This document shows positions 28,379-37,346 of a stretch of 64,000 nucleotides of DNA, piece by piece. The DNA is taken from assembly GCA_041691695.1 (NCBI GenBank), contig JBEPUG010000003.1, positions 7,445 to 71,444 of the forward strand, given 5' to 3'. The notes beneath the pieces were generated by a model. That model searched no databases. It worked only from the letters and a program-made list of their open reading frames with translations, and was not told the DNA's origin. Numbering within the stretch: the stretch's first letter is position 1; each line of letters begins with the position of its first letter. This DNA is from Flavobacteriales bacterium (GTDB lineage Bacteria; Bacteroidota; Bacteroidia; Flavobacteriales_F; PHOS-HE28). Made by a program: the position numbers and the translations under genes.

Positions 28379-29512
28379 ATGGCGAAGATTGGTATTCCTA
28401 CACTCCCATTTTCAGAATGGGGACTCGGCATCGACCGTCCGCTGACGATCGCCGGGCCGTGCAGTGCGGAGAGTCGCGAACAAGTGCTGGCAACGGCCGA
28501 AGGCATCATCACCAACGCTCCGCAAGTGAAGGTTTTCCGCGCGGGAGTGTGGAAGCCACGTACGCGTCCCGGTGGTTTTGAGGGCGTTGGCGATGCCGCA
28601 TTTCCATGGTTGAAGGAAGCACGAGATCGTACCGGGTTGTTGCTGATGACCGAGGTAGCGACGCCCCAACATGTGGAGGCCGCGCTCAACGCCGGTATCG
28701 ACATGCTGTGGATCGGCGCGCGTACCACACCGAACCCGTTCAGCGTGCAGGGCATCGCCGATGCATTGCGCGGCACCGACATCCCGGTCTTCGTGAAGAA
28801 TCCGCTGAATCCGGACCTGCAGTTGTGGATCGGTGCGCTGGAACGTTTGGCGGAAGCGGGCATTACACGGTTGGCGGCCATCCATCGCGGCTTTCAATGG
28901 TTTGAAAAAACCGCCTATCGCAACAACCCGATTTGGGAATTCCCCATCCGGTTGAAAGCGGCATTCCCGAAACTGGAACTGATCTGCGATCCCAGCCACA
29001 TCGCAGGCAGCCCGGAATTACTGGCTGAGATCGCGCAGCAGGCGCTGGACCTGAATTTCAGCGGGCTGATGGTGGAGACGCACAGTGACCCTGCCCAGGC
29101 CAAGAGCGACGCGCGCCAACAGATCGACCCGGTTGGCTTGGGTGAACTTCTTAGCAGCCTCGTGCATCGCAGCGCATCGGCCGGTCCACACCTTCGGAAT
29201 GAGCTTCAGGAATTCCGGGACATGATCGATCAGCTCGACGAGGAGATCGCACAAAAGCTGGGTGCGCGCATGGAAGTGTCCGAGCGCATCGGACGATTCA
29301 AGCAGGCGCATAACGTGGCCATCCTTCAACCGGAATGGTGGGAGCATGTGCTGCGTGCGCAGATGGCGGCCGGTCTGGAATTGGGACTTTCGCCGCGATT
29401 CGTCCAATCCTTCATGGATGCCGTTCACGACGAGAGCATTCGCAGGCAGACCGCTATTTGGGAGAATGCCGAAGGGACCGTGGACGCGCAAAAGAAGGTG
29501 GACGGCCAGTGA
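28379..29512 (+). CDS. Bifunctional 3-deoxy-7-phosphoheptulonate (DAHP) synthase (KDO8PS-like type I-beta) / chorismate mutase
   Basis: N-terminal DAHPS/KDOPS TIM-barrel (GPCSAES...). C-terminal AroQ-type chorismate mutase helix bundle (RDMIDQLDEEIAQKLGARMEVSERIG). Start taken as the ATG at 28379; the track uses a TTG at 28370. Confidence 0.85.
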   Translation: MAKIGIPTLPFSEWGLGIDRPLTIAGPCSAESREQVLATAEGIITNAPQVKVFRAGVWKPRTRPGGFEGVGDAAFPWLKEARDRTGLLLMTEVATPQHVEAALNAGIDMLWIGARTTPNPFSVQGIADALRGTDIPVFVKNPLNPDLQLWIGALERLAEAGITRLAAIHRGFQWFEKTAYRNNPIWEFPIRLKAAFPKLELICDPSHIAGSPELLAEIAQQALDLNFSGLMVETHSDPAQAKSDARQQIDPVGLGELLSSLVHRSASAGPHLRNELQEFRDMIDQLDEEIAQKLGARMEVSERIGRFKQAHNVAILQPEWWEHVLRAQMAAGLELGLSPRFVQSFMDAVHDESIRRQTAIWENAEGTVDAQKKVDGQ

Positions 29513-29558
29513 AAGGACTAACTTGGTCATCACAAGGAACCGACCAAACCGGATCGAT

Positions 29559-32375
29559 ATGCTGAAAAACTACGCCCTCGCAGCGGCAACGCTGCTGATC
29601 GCCTCGCACAGTTTCGCGCAGCCCACCTTCACGGATGGCACCACCATACTTGGCCATGTGGCGCACAGCGGTGGCTGCATGGCGGTGACGGATATGGATG
29701 ACGACGGCCTGGACGACGTGATCCAACTGGACAACAGCAACCATGTGCATGTGCTGTATCAGGAGACCGACGGCAGCTTTACCGACTACGATTTTGGCAT
29801 CGTGGATACCGGTTCGGAATGGGGCTGGGCCATTGGGGACCTGACCAACGACGGCTTCAAGGACATCTGCAGCGGTTCCTATGGACAAACGCACTTCCTA
29901 AGCATCACTGCTCGCGGGGTGTCCACGCTCACCGACCTTGACGGTCCTGCCATCTTCACCCAGAACATGAGTATGGCGGACATCGACAACGATGGACGTG
30001 TGGACGTATTCGCCTGCCATGACAATGGACACCCGAATATCTGGTTCACCAACGCCAGTGGTGTGCCCGTCAACAACAACGACTACATCGATTGGACCAC
30101 CGTAAGCGACATGCCAGCAGGGGACATGAGCGGTAACTACGGTAGCTGCTTCACCGATTTCGACAACGACGGGGACCTCGACCTGTACATCAGTCACTGC
30201 CGTCAAGGAGTGAACGATCCCGGCGATGCGCGTCGATGGAACCGGCTATTCGTCAATGACGGGAACAACAACTACACGGACCAAGCGGCGGACTATGGTG
30301 TGCAAGACCATGAGCAGACGTGGACGACCGACTTCGGCGACTTCGACAACGACGGCGACCTCGACATGGTGAGCACCGAGCACAGCACCACGATCAAACT
30401 GTTCCTGAATGACGGCACCGGACACTTCACGGATGTGACAGCGGGCAGTGGCCTCGACGGTACCACTGGATTCATGCTGCAAGGAATGTTCCGCGACCTG
30501 GACAATGATGGGCATTTGGACATCCTCATCGCGGGCGGTATCCAACGCTATTTCAAGGGCAATGGAGATGGCACTTTCACGCAGGTGAATGGCGTTTTCC
30601 CATCCTCAACGGACATGCACGGCTTCGCTTTCGGCGATCTGAACCGGGACGGATTCGAGGACGTCTATTCCAACTACGGAAGCAACTATGTCGATCCCAG
30701 CAGCAGCACGGCCGACCGACTTTGGTTGAACACGCCGAACGGCAATCACTTCTTCCGCGTGCGGCTGGAAGGCACGGTCAGCAATCGCGATGCCATCGGG
30801 GCCAAGGTCACCATCACCGGTCCGTGGGGCACACAGGTGCGTGAGGTTCGTTCTGGGGAGAGCTACGGCATGGTCAATTCCTTCATACTCCCTTTTGGTC
30901 TCGGTTCAGCTACCATGGTCTCCACCATGACCGTGCACTGGCCCGCCGGCACGACGGAGACCTTCACCAACCTGCATGCCGACCAAACGATGACGGTGGT
31001 GGAAGGCACATGTATCTCACCGAACGTCGGCATTGATGCATCGCCGAGTGACATCCTCTGCACAGGTGGAGGTCCTATCACGCTTACGGCCGACCTAGGT
31101 TACACCTATGCTTGGAACACCGGCGTGACAACGCAGTCCATCAGCGTATCAACGCCGGGCGCTTATTGGACGATGGTGAGCGGCACGGGCGATTGCGTCA
31201 CACAAGCTAACGTCAACGTGCGTCTCGATCCCGATCAGACACCGACAGTGGCGCACATCGGCAACGGCAACATCTGCTCTCAGGACCAATTGGTGCTGAC
31301 CTCCAGTTCGCCGGACAATAATGTGTGGAGTACCGGAAGCACCGCGCAGAGCATCACAGTGAACTCGGCGGGCAACTATTCGGTGGCCGTGCAAGGTGCT
31401 TGTGCGAACTTCATCTCGGACACCGTCACGGTGACGGTATCCGCTACACCGGCACAACCAGTGACCGCGGATGTGACGATCCCGGTACCAGGCACGGCGG
31501 TGCTCAGCGCCTTTGGTGACAGTATCGCTTGGTACGATGCCCAAACGGGAGGGGATCTGGTGGGCACTGGAAGCCCATGGACCACGCCGTTCTTGAGCGA
31601 CTTCACAACCTACTGGTGTGCGGATGTGGCCCACTACGGTTCGGATCCGGTGCATGGCGGCAAGGTCGACAAGTCCACCAGCGGAGCGTATCAGAACAAC
31701 GCCAACTACTATCTCTACTTCAACACCACGCAGGATATGATGATCCATAGCGTGAAGGTCTATGCGAACGGTGCCGGAGACCGGCAGATCGGGATCGTCG
31801 ATCAGTCCACTGGTGCTACGGTGACCAGCGGTACCTATTCACTTCCCGACGGGGAAAGTGTGGTGGTGCTGGACCTGATGGCTCCTGCCGGTGGTTCATA
31901 TGGTTTGCGCGTGATGATCGGCGACCCGGAGTTATGGCGCGACGCGGTTGGCAGCAACCCGGTCTTTCCCTATGACCTGGGCGGCTTGGGCAGCATCACA
32001 GGCAGCAACGCCGGCTCCGACCAGTATTACTACTACTTCTATGATTGGGAGGTGAGTGCTGCCGGTACCTATTGTCCCAGCCCGCGCGCTTCCGCGACGG
32101 TGCTGATCGGCCAAGTGGGCATCGATGAGAACGCCAGTTCCGGGAATTTCAGGATCTTCCCCAATCCTGCCACGGACCGATTAACGATCCTCGGGGATCT
32201 GCCCACAGACAAGGTGGATGTCATCGTCCTCGACGTTGCAGGCCGCTCCGTGATGAGCACGCATCTCGACAAGACAGGGCGACCGGTGGATATTTCCACC
32301 TTGGCACCGGGTGCTTACACATTGCGGATGCACTCCACCACGCGGACCAGCACCGCTCGCTTCGTCAAGCAATAG
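29559..32375 (+). CDS. FG-GAP/VCBS-repeat (ASPIC/UnbV-like) protein with T9SS C-terminal sorting domain
   Basis: 938 aa from MLKNYALAAATLLIASHSFA|QPT. Repeated DxDxDGxxD calcium-binding FG-GAP units. C-terminus FRIFPNPATDRL...GAYTLRM is a T9SS sorting domain. Confidence 0.8.
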   Translation: MLKNYALAAATLLIASHSFAQPTFTDGTTILGHVAHSGGCMAVTDMDDDGLDDVIQLDNSNHVHVLYQETDGSFTDYDFGIVDTGSEWGWAIGDLTNDGFKDICSGSYGQTHFLSITARGVSTLTDLDGPAIFTQNMSMADIDNDGRVDVFACHDNGHPNIWFTNASGVPVNNNDYIDWTTVSDMPAGDMSGNYGSCFTDFDNDGDLDLYISHCRQGVNDPGDARRWNRLFVNDGNNNYTDQAADYGVQDHEQTWTTDFGDFDNDGDLDMVSTEHSTTIKLFLNDGTGHFTDVTAGSGLDGTTGFMLQGMFRDLDNDGHLDILIAGGIQRYFKGNGDGTFTQVNGVFPSSTDMHGFAFGDLNRDGFEDVYSNYGSNYVDPSSSTADRLWLNTPNGNHFFRVRLEGTVSNRDAIGAKVTITGPWGTQVREVRSGESYGMVNSFILPFGLGSATMVSTMTVHWPAGTTETFTNLHADQTMTVVEGTCISPNVGIDASPSDILCTGGGPITLTADLGYTYAWNTGVTTQSISVSTPGAYWTMVSGTGDCVTQANVNVRLDPDQTPTVAHIGNGNICSQDQLVLTSSSPDNNVWSTGSTAQSITVNSAGNYSVAVQGACANFISDTVTVTVSATPAQPVTADVTIPVPGTAVLSAFGDSIAWYDAQTGGDLVGTGSPWTTPFLSDFTTYWCADVAHYGSDPVHGGKVDKSTSGAYQNNANYYLYFNTTQDMMIHSVKVYANGAGDRQIGIVDQSTGATVTSGTYSLPDGESVVVLDLMAPAGGSYGLRVMIGDPELWRDAVGSNPVFPYDLGGLGSITGSNAGSDQYYYYFYDWEVSAAGTYCPSPRASATVLIGQVGIDENASSGNFRIFPNPATDRLTILGDLPTDKVDVIVLDVAGRSVMSTHLDKTGRPVDISTLAPGAYTLRMHSTTRTSTARFVKQ

Positions 32376-32394
32376 TCGAAAGCGTTTTTTTAGG

Positions 32395-32430
32395 GAACGG
32401 CTCCGAAGATCTCGGGGCCGTTCGCTTTTT
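32395..32430 (+). terminator. Rho-independent terminator after the FG-GAP gene
   Basis: GAACGGCTCC-gaagatctc-GGGGCCGTTC is a perfect GC-rich stem followed by GCTTTTTC. Confidence 0.6.
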
Positions 32431-32460
32431 CATAGCACTCCCGGGTGGTTACTTTGAGGC

Positions 32461-33123
32461 ATGGATGATGCGAGTGAAGAAGTTCCACAGCTGCGGTTGC
32501 TGGTGGTGGGTGCAGGAGGCCTCGGCAATACCCTGCTTCCGCGCGTGTTGCGCTGGCGATGGGAGGGCATCACTGTGATGGATGGGGATCGCGTGGAGGA
32601 GAAGAACCTGTATCGGCAAGAGCTCTTCGCACCCGTGGACATCGGCAAGTCGAAGAGCGAAGTGGTCGCGGCCTGGGTGCGCAACATGCCGATCGCAGTG
32701 CGCCTGATCGGGCGGGATGAATTCATCGATGTGAACAGTGCCGAAGCCGTCATCGCTATGCACGATGTGGTGGCGGATTGCACGGATGATGCGCATGTGA
32801 AGCGTCTTCTCGATCGCACCTGCGCGGATTACGGCGTACCGCTGGTGAGCGGATCGGTACATGGCAAGGAAGGGCAAGTGATGGTGCTGCACGCCGAAGG
32901 AGCTGATGAAGCGATCACGCGGGATGATATCTTCCAAGGAAAGCCCGGAATGGAGCAGGACGGTTGCGACATGCGGAAAGTGCCGCTAGTGACACTGGAA
33001 GAGACCGGCCGGCGTATGGCTCAACTGCTCCATGCATTGCTTCAGAATGAACCCGTGAAGAACGGCCGCATCGACCTCTTCGATGGAAAACGTTGGACCG
33101 CGATCGATCCACCGGAAAAGTGA
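32461..33123 (+). CDS. ThiF/MoeB/HesA-family E1-like adenylyltransferase (short form, no rhodanese domain)
   Basis: 220 aa. Nucleotide-binding motif VVGAGGLGN. First gene of the Moco cluster. Confidence 0.75.
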   Translation: MDDASEEVPQLRLLVVGAGGLGNTLLPRVLRWRWEGITVMDGDRVEEKNLYRQELFAPVDIGKSKSEVVAAWVRNMPIAVRLIGRDEFIDVNSAEAVIAMHDVVADCTDDAHVKRLLDRTCADYGVPLVSGSVHGKEGQVMVLHAEGADEAITRDDIFQGKPGMEQDGCDMRKVPLVTLEETGRRMAQLLHALLQNEPVKNGRIDLFDGKRWTAIDPPEK

Positions 33124-33126
33124 TCG

Positions 33127-33855
33127 ATGGACACCACGCTCTTGATCGTCTTGATCGCTTTTGTGGCCTTCGCCTATGCCATGGTGGGTCATGGCGGCGC
33201 GAGCGGTTATCTCGCGTTGATGGCGCTGGCGGGCATGTCCGTGGTGGTGATGCGCCCCACCGCACTCGTGCTGAACCTCTTTGTCAGCGCCATATCCTTC
33301 ACGCAGTACGCGCGCTCCGGCCATTTCAAATGGAGCACCTTCTGGCCCTTCGCGATCCTCTCCATTCCGGCCGCATGGTTCGGCGCGCACATCGTGCTAG
33401 ATCCTCAGATCTACAGGCGCATCCTTGCGGTCTGCCTGCTCTTTGCGGTGGCTCGGTTGTTCGGTCTCTTCGGCAAGGGAGGTGAGGGCATCAAGCCGGT
33501 GCCTTTGATCTGGGGCCTGTTGATCGGTGTGGTGCTCGGCTTCGTCTCCGGCATGATCGGCATCGGCGGCGGCATCCTACTGAGCCCGGTGTTGCTGCTC
33601 TGTAATTGGGCTGACATGAAGACCACGGCTGCGACCTCGGCGCTCTTCATCTTCGTCAACAGCACCGCTGGTGTCATCGGTGCTTTCGGAAGTGGGGAAA
33701 CGTTGAGCACCAGCATGGTGCCGTGGATCATCGCCGCGGTATTGGGCGGACTGCTCGGCAGTTGGATCGGCGCGAAGCGATTGAACGAATTGCGATTGAA
33801 GCAGGCGTTAGGCATCGTGCTGCTCTTAGCCAGCGTGAAACTGATAATGGCATGA
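33127..33855 (+). CDS. TauE/SafE (DUF81) family anion-exporter-like membrane protein
   Basis: 242 aa with 7-8 TM helices. Two GGGxxxxPxL-like repeats (GHGGASGYLAL, GIGGGILLSPVL). Confidence 0.8.
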   Translation: MDTTLLIVLIAFVAFAYAMVGHGGASGYLALMALAGMSVVVMRPTALVLNLFVSAISFTQYARSGHFKWSTFWPFAILSIPAAWFGAHIVLDPQIYRRILAVCLLFAVARLFGLFGKGGEGIKPVPLIWGLLIGVVLGFVSGMIGIGGGILLSPVLLLCNWADMKTTAATSALFIFVNSTAGVIGAFGSGETLSTSMVPWIIAAVLGGLLGSWIGAKRLNELRLKQALGIVLLLASVKLIMA

Positions 33856-35024
33856 TCGACGTGCAAGAAGCGAAGCGGCGTGTGATAGCGAACGTGCAGG
33901 TGATGCCGACGGAAGCGGTGCCGCTGATCGATGCATTGGGTCGCTTTGCTGCGAACGATGTGGCCGCGCCTTTCGATCACCCGCTCTTCGATTGCAGTGC
34001 GATGGACGGCTACGCGTTCGCGTTTTCAGAAGTAGTGAAAGAGTGGAAGGTGATAGGTGAAGTAGCCGCTGGCGATGCGTTTCCGCGAAGCCTGAATGCC
34101 GGTGAATGCGTGCGGATCTTCACAGGTGCCATGCTGCCGAAGGGCACCGACACTGTGGTGATGCAGGAACTCGCGCAACGCGATGATGATGTGTTGACGC
34201 ACAGCGACGTGAAGTTGAAGCGCGGCGGAAACGTGCGCTTCAAAGGAGAGCAGTTGCGTGCTGGCGATGTGGCATTGCCGAAAGGAATGCTACTTGATGC
34301 GGCTGCTATCGGGCTGTTGGCGTCGGTCGGTATACAAGAGATCAAAGTGGCGGAGAAGCCGCGCGTGGCATTGCTGATCAGCGGGGATGAATTCGTGGAA
34401 GGCACGGTTCCACAACCCGGTAGGATCTTCGGAAGCAACGGCGTGATGTTGCAAGCGGCGTTGCGCGAAGCGGGGATCGAAGCAAGCGTAGTGCAGGTCA
34501 GCGATGATCGTGAGGCCTTGATCGCTGCGTGGAAGCAAGCGACGCAGCGACATGATCTCATCATCTCCACCGGTGGCGTTTCCGTTGGTGATCACGATCT
34601 GATCCGGTCCACTTTGGAAACGCTTGGAGCGGAGATCATCCTGCACGGCGTGATGCAGAAACCGGGCAAGCCGATGCTTTTCGGGAAACTGGAAGACACG
34701 CTCGTCTTCGGACTGCCCGGCAATCCCCGCGCTGTGATGGTGCTCTTTTTGGAATACGTGCTGCCCTTCCTGCGCGCTATGCAAGGAGCGAGGGAACCGG
34801 GTCCGCACACGGACCATCTTCCGATCGAACACGAGTTGAAGGTCAAAGGGGATCGCGCGGAATTCCGTGCGGCGCTTGTGGCGAATGGCAAAGTGAAATT
34901 GTTGGCGGATGAGGGATCTCACATGTTGGGATCGATCACCGGGGCGAATGCGTTGGCATTCATTCCGGCGAACGTGCGCGAGTTGAAAACCGGAGACATG
35001 ATCGAAGTACATTACATCCATTGA
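33852..35024 (+). CDS. moeA: Molybdopterin molybdotransferase
   Basis: The 433-aa track ORF is trimmed to MIDVQEAKRRV... (ATGA overlap with the upstream gene). MoeA N-terminal and MPT-binding domains are present (GGVSVGDHD). Confidence 0.85.
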   Translation: MIDVQEAKRRVIANVQVMPTEAVPLIDALGRFAANDVAAPFDHPLFDCSAMDGYAFAFSEVVKEWKVIGEVAAGDAFPRSLNAGECVRIFTGAMLPKGTDTVVMQELAQRDDDVLTHSDVKLKRGGNVRFKGEQLRAGDVALPKGMLLDAAAIGLLASVGIQEIKVAEKPRVALLISGDEFVEGTVPQPGRIFGSNGVMLQAALREAGIEASVVQVSDDREALIAAWKQATQRHDLIISTGGVSVGDHDLIRSTLETLGAEIILHGVMQKPGKPMLFGKLEDTLVFGLPGNPRAVMVLFLEYVLPFLRAMQGAREPGPHTDHLPIEHELKVKGDRAEFRAALVANGKVKLLADEGSHMLGSITGANALAFIPANVRELKTGDMIEVHYIH

Positions 35025-35593
35025 TGGGAAGCAAATACGCTTGGACAGGAGTGGTGCTCGCTGGCGGCAAAAGCACGCGCATGGGCCAGGACAAGGCGCT
35101 GATGGAAGTGGATGGCAAGCCCTTACTGCTACATGCCATAGAGAAATTGAAGCCGCATGTGCGCGAGTTGCTGGTGATCGGTGAGCCGCGCCAGTACGGA
35201 CATATCTGGCTGGATGTGATGCCGGATGAGATCCCGGGGCTAGGGCCTTTGGGAGGTATCGTCACAGCAATGGGAGCGGCGCGGCACGATCGTTTACTGG
35301 TGCTCGCAGTGGACGTGCCCGGCGTGAATGCGAAACTTTTGGAACGGCTCACGCGCGAGATGCCCGAGAACGCCGATGCGCTCGTCCCGCGTCACGAAGG
35401 GAACCTCGAGCCTCTGGTCGCTGCCTATCATCGGCGTTGCGCGGATGCCTTCATGGACCACATCACGCGCAGCCAGCTTTCCATGCACAGTGCCTTGGCC
35501 GATGTGCGCGCCGCGTACCTCGACATTAATCCCGGCGAAGATGGTTGGCCCGAGGACCTCTTCCGCAACCTCAACAGTCCTGACGACCTTTGA
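35021..35593 (+). CDS. mobA: Molybdenum cofactor guanylyltransferase
   Basis: 190 aa. N-terminus GVVLAGGKSTRMGQDKAL is the MobA signature. Confidence 0.85.
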   Translation: MMGSKYAWTGVVLAGGKSTRMGQDKALMEVDGKPLLLHAIEKLKPHVRELLVIGEPRQYGHIWLDVMPDEIPGLGPLGGIVTAMGAARHDRLLVLAVDVPGVNAKLLERLTREMPENADALVPRHEGNLEPLVAAYHRRCADAFMDHITRSQLSMHSALADVRAAYLDINPGEDGWPEDLFRNLNSPDDL

Positions 35594-35821
35594 GTGATGG
35601 ACGTGCTGCTATTCGGATTGATCGCGGAGAAGGCCGGCACCGACAAGTTGTCGATCACGGCGCCTGACACGCAAGCATTGAAGCAAGCCTTGGAAGGACG
35701 GATCGAAGGGCTTGCATCGCTGAGCTACGCATTGGCCGTAGACCGAAAGATCACGCACGGGAATGTTGCATTGAACGGCAGCGAGGAGATCGCACTGTTG
35801 CCACCATTCGCAGGAGGATGA
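35594..35821 (+). CDS. moaD: Molybdopterin synthase sulfur-carrier subunit (ubiquitin-like, C-terminal GG)
   Basis: 75 aa ending ...PPFAGG. Adjacent to moaE. Confidence 0.7.
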   Translation: MMDVLLFGLIAEKAGTDKLSITAPDTQALKQALEGRIEGLASLSYALAVDRKITHGNVALNGSEEIALLPPFAGG

Positions 35822-36318
35822 GCGAGACGAAGGCGCAAAGGAAGCGCGACATCTTCACCGAAGGCCCGATCGATCCCGCCTTCATCGCGGAGAGCATCGC
35901 GAAGCACAGCACGCGCCACGACATCGGTGCGCACGAGATCTTCTTGGGCCAGGTGCGCGCGGACGCCATCCCCGATCGCACGGATCCTTCGGCGAACGCC
36001 CTGACAACTGACAACGGACAACGGACAACTGTCAAAGCCATCGAATACACCGCGTACCGTGACATGGCCAACGAACAGATGATCGCCATTCGCGAGGAGG
36101 CCTTCGCGCGCTGGCCCATCACCTGTCTGCACCTGCATCACAGCCAAGGCGTCATCAAGGCAGGGGAGCTGTGCTTCTTCGTCTTCGCATCATCAGCGCA
36201 TCGCCATACGGCGCGCGAGGCCGTGGCCTTCGTCACCGATGAAGTGAAGAAGCGCCTGCCGATCTTCGGGAAGGAGATACTGGAGGACAGCACGCACGTT
36301 TGGAAAGAGAACCGGTAA
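35818..36318 (+). CDS. moaE: Molybdopterin synthase catalytic subunit
   Basis: 166 aa with MoaE-fold motifs. Carries an internal heptamer-repeat insertion (see 36001-36035). Confidence 0.85.
   Translation: MSETKAQRKRDIFTEGPIDPAFIAESIAKHSTRHDIGAHEIFLGQVRADAIPDRTDPSANALTTDNGQRTTVKAIEYTAYRDMANEQMIAIREEAFARWPITCLHLHHSQGVIKAGELCFFVFASSAHRHTAREAVAFVTDEVKKRLPIFGKEILEDSTHVWKENR
36001..36035. repeat. Degenerate tandem heptamer tract inside moaE: CTGACAA CTGACAA CGGACAA CGGACAA CTGTCAA
   Basis: Read directly from the sequence. Encodes ...ALTTDNGQRTTVK... in a loop that, from memory, is about 16 aa longer than in E. coli MoaE. Confidence 0.7.
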
Positions 36319-36346
36319 GGGCGGGAGATCTCCCGCCCCAACGATC

Positions 36347-37264
36347 ATGATCGACATCACCCACAAACCCACCAGCCTGCGCGAAGCCATTGCCGAGGCC
36401 ACTGTCACCGTCAGCAAGGCGGAGACCATCGCTGCCGTAAGAGAGCGACGTGTTCCCAAGGGCGATGTGATCGAAGCCGCACGCATCGCAGGTCTCTTCG
36501 GCATCAAGCGTACCGCGGACATGATCCCGGACTGCCATCCCTTACCGGTGGAACACGCCGAGGTGACCAGCAGCGTGCAGGACATGTCCATCGTGATCAC
36601 CGTGAAAGTGCGCACCATCTACCGCACCGGTGTGGAGGTGGAGGCCATGCACGGAGCCAGTGTCGCGGCGCTCACCATCTATGACATGTTGAAGCCGATC
36701 GACAAAGGCATCACCATCGATCGCATCCGCTTGGTGGAGAAAAAGGGAGGCAAGAGCGATTGGAAAGATCAGTTCGAAAAGATGCCGCGTGCGGCGGTGC
36801 TCGTCATCAGCGACAGTGTTTCAGCAGGCAAGAAGGAGGACAAGGCCGGAGCGGCGATCGGCGAGCGGTTGAAGGCGATCGGTGTGGAGATCGCTGCCAA
36901 TGCGCTGATTCCTGATGAACCGGAACAGATCGCCGCACAGGTGAAGACCTGGGCCAAGCAAGGCATTGACCTCATCCTCACCACAGGAGGCACGGGCCTT
37001 TCACCACGTGACCGCACACCAGAAGCCATCGCCCCCATCCTCGATCGCGAGGTGCCCGGCATCATGGAAGCCGCGCGCAGCTATGGCCAAGAGCGCATGC
37101 CTCTTGCGATCATGTCCCGCGGCATCGCCGGCATGATCGGTCGCACGCTCGTCATCACTCTTCCGGGATCAACACGGGGAACACAAGAGACGATGGACGC
37201 GCTTTTCCCGTTCGTGCTGCATGTGGTCAAGGTGCAGGAACATGCATATCGGCACGGGAAGTAA
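36347..37264 (+). CDS. moaC: Bifunctional cyclic pyranopterin monophosphate synthase MoaC / MogA-MoaB-like molybdopterin adenylyltransferase fusion
   Basis: 305 aa. N-terminal MoaC domain (MIDITHKPTSLREA...) and C-terminal MogA/MoaB domain (GGTGLSPRDRTPEA). Confidence 0.85.
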   Translation: MIDITHKPTSLREAIAEATVTVSKAETIAAVRERRVPKGDVIEAARIAGLFGIKRTADMIPDCHPLPVEHAEVTSSVQDMSIVITVKVRTIYRTGVEVEAMHGASVAALTIYDMLKPIDKGITIDRIRLVEKKGGKSDWKDQFEKMPRAAVLVISDSVSAGKKEDKAGAAIGERLKAIGVEIAANALIPDEPEQIAAQVKTWAKQGIDLILTTGGTGLSPRDRTPEAIAPILDREVPGIMEAARSYGQERMPLAIMSRGIAGMIGRTLVITLPGSTRGTQETMDALFPFVLHVVKVQEHAYRHGK

Positions 37265-37270
37265 GAGTTC

Positions 37271-37316
37271 ACCGCCAAGACGCTAATGTTTCATCCCGAT
37301 CTTCTCGGGAGGACGC
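37271..37316. repeat. Left copy of a perfect 46-bp inverted repeat (ACCGCCAAGACGCTAATGTTTCATCCCGATCTTCTCGGGAGGACGC)
   Basis: Exact reverse complement of 38668-38713. Begins 7 nt after the moaC-mogA stop. Confidence 0.85.
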
Positions 37317-37346
37317 CAAGGAATGCGGTGAACCAGGAATACTAAG

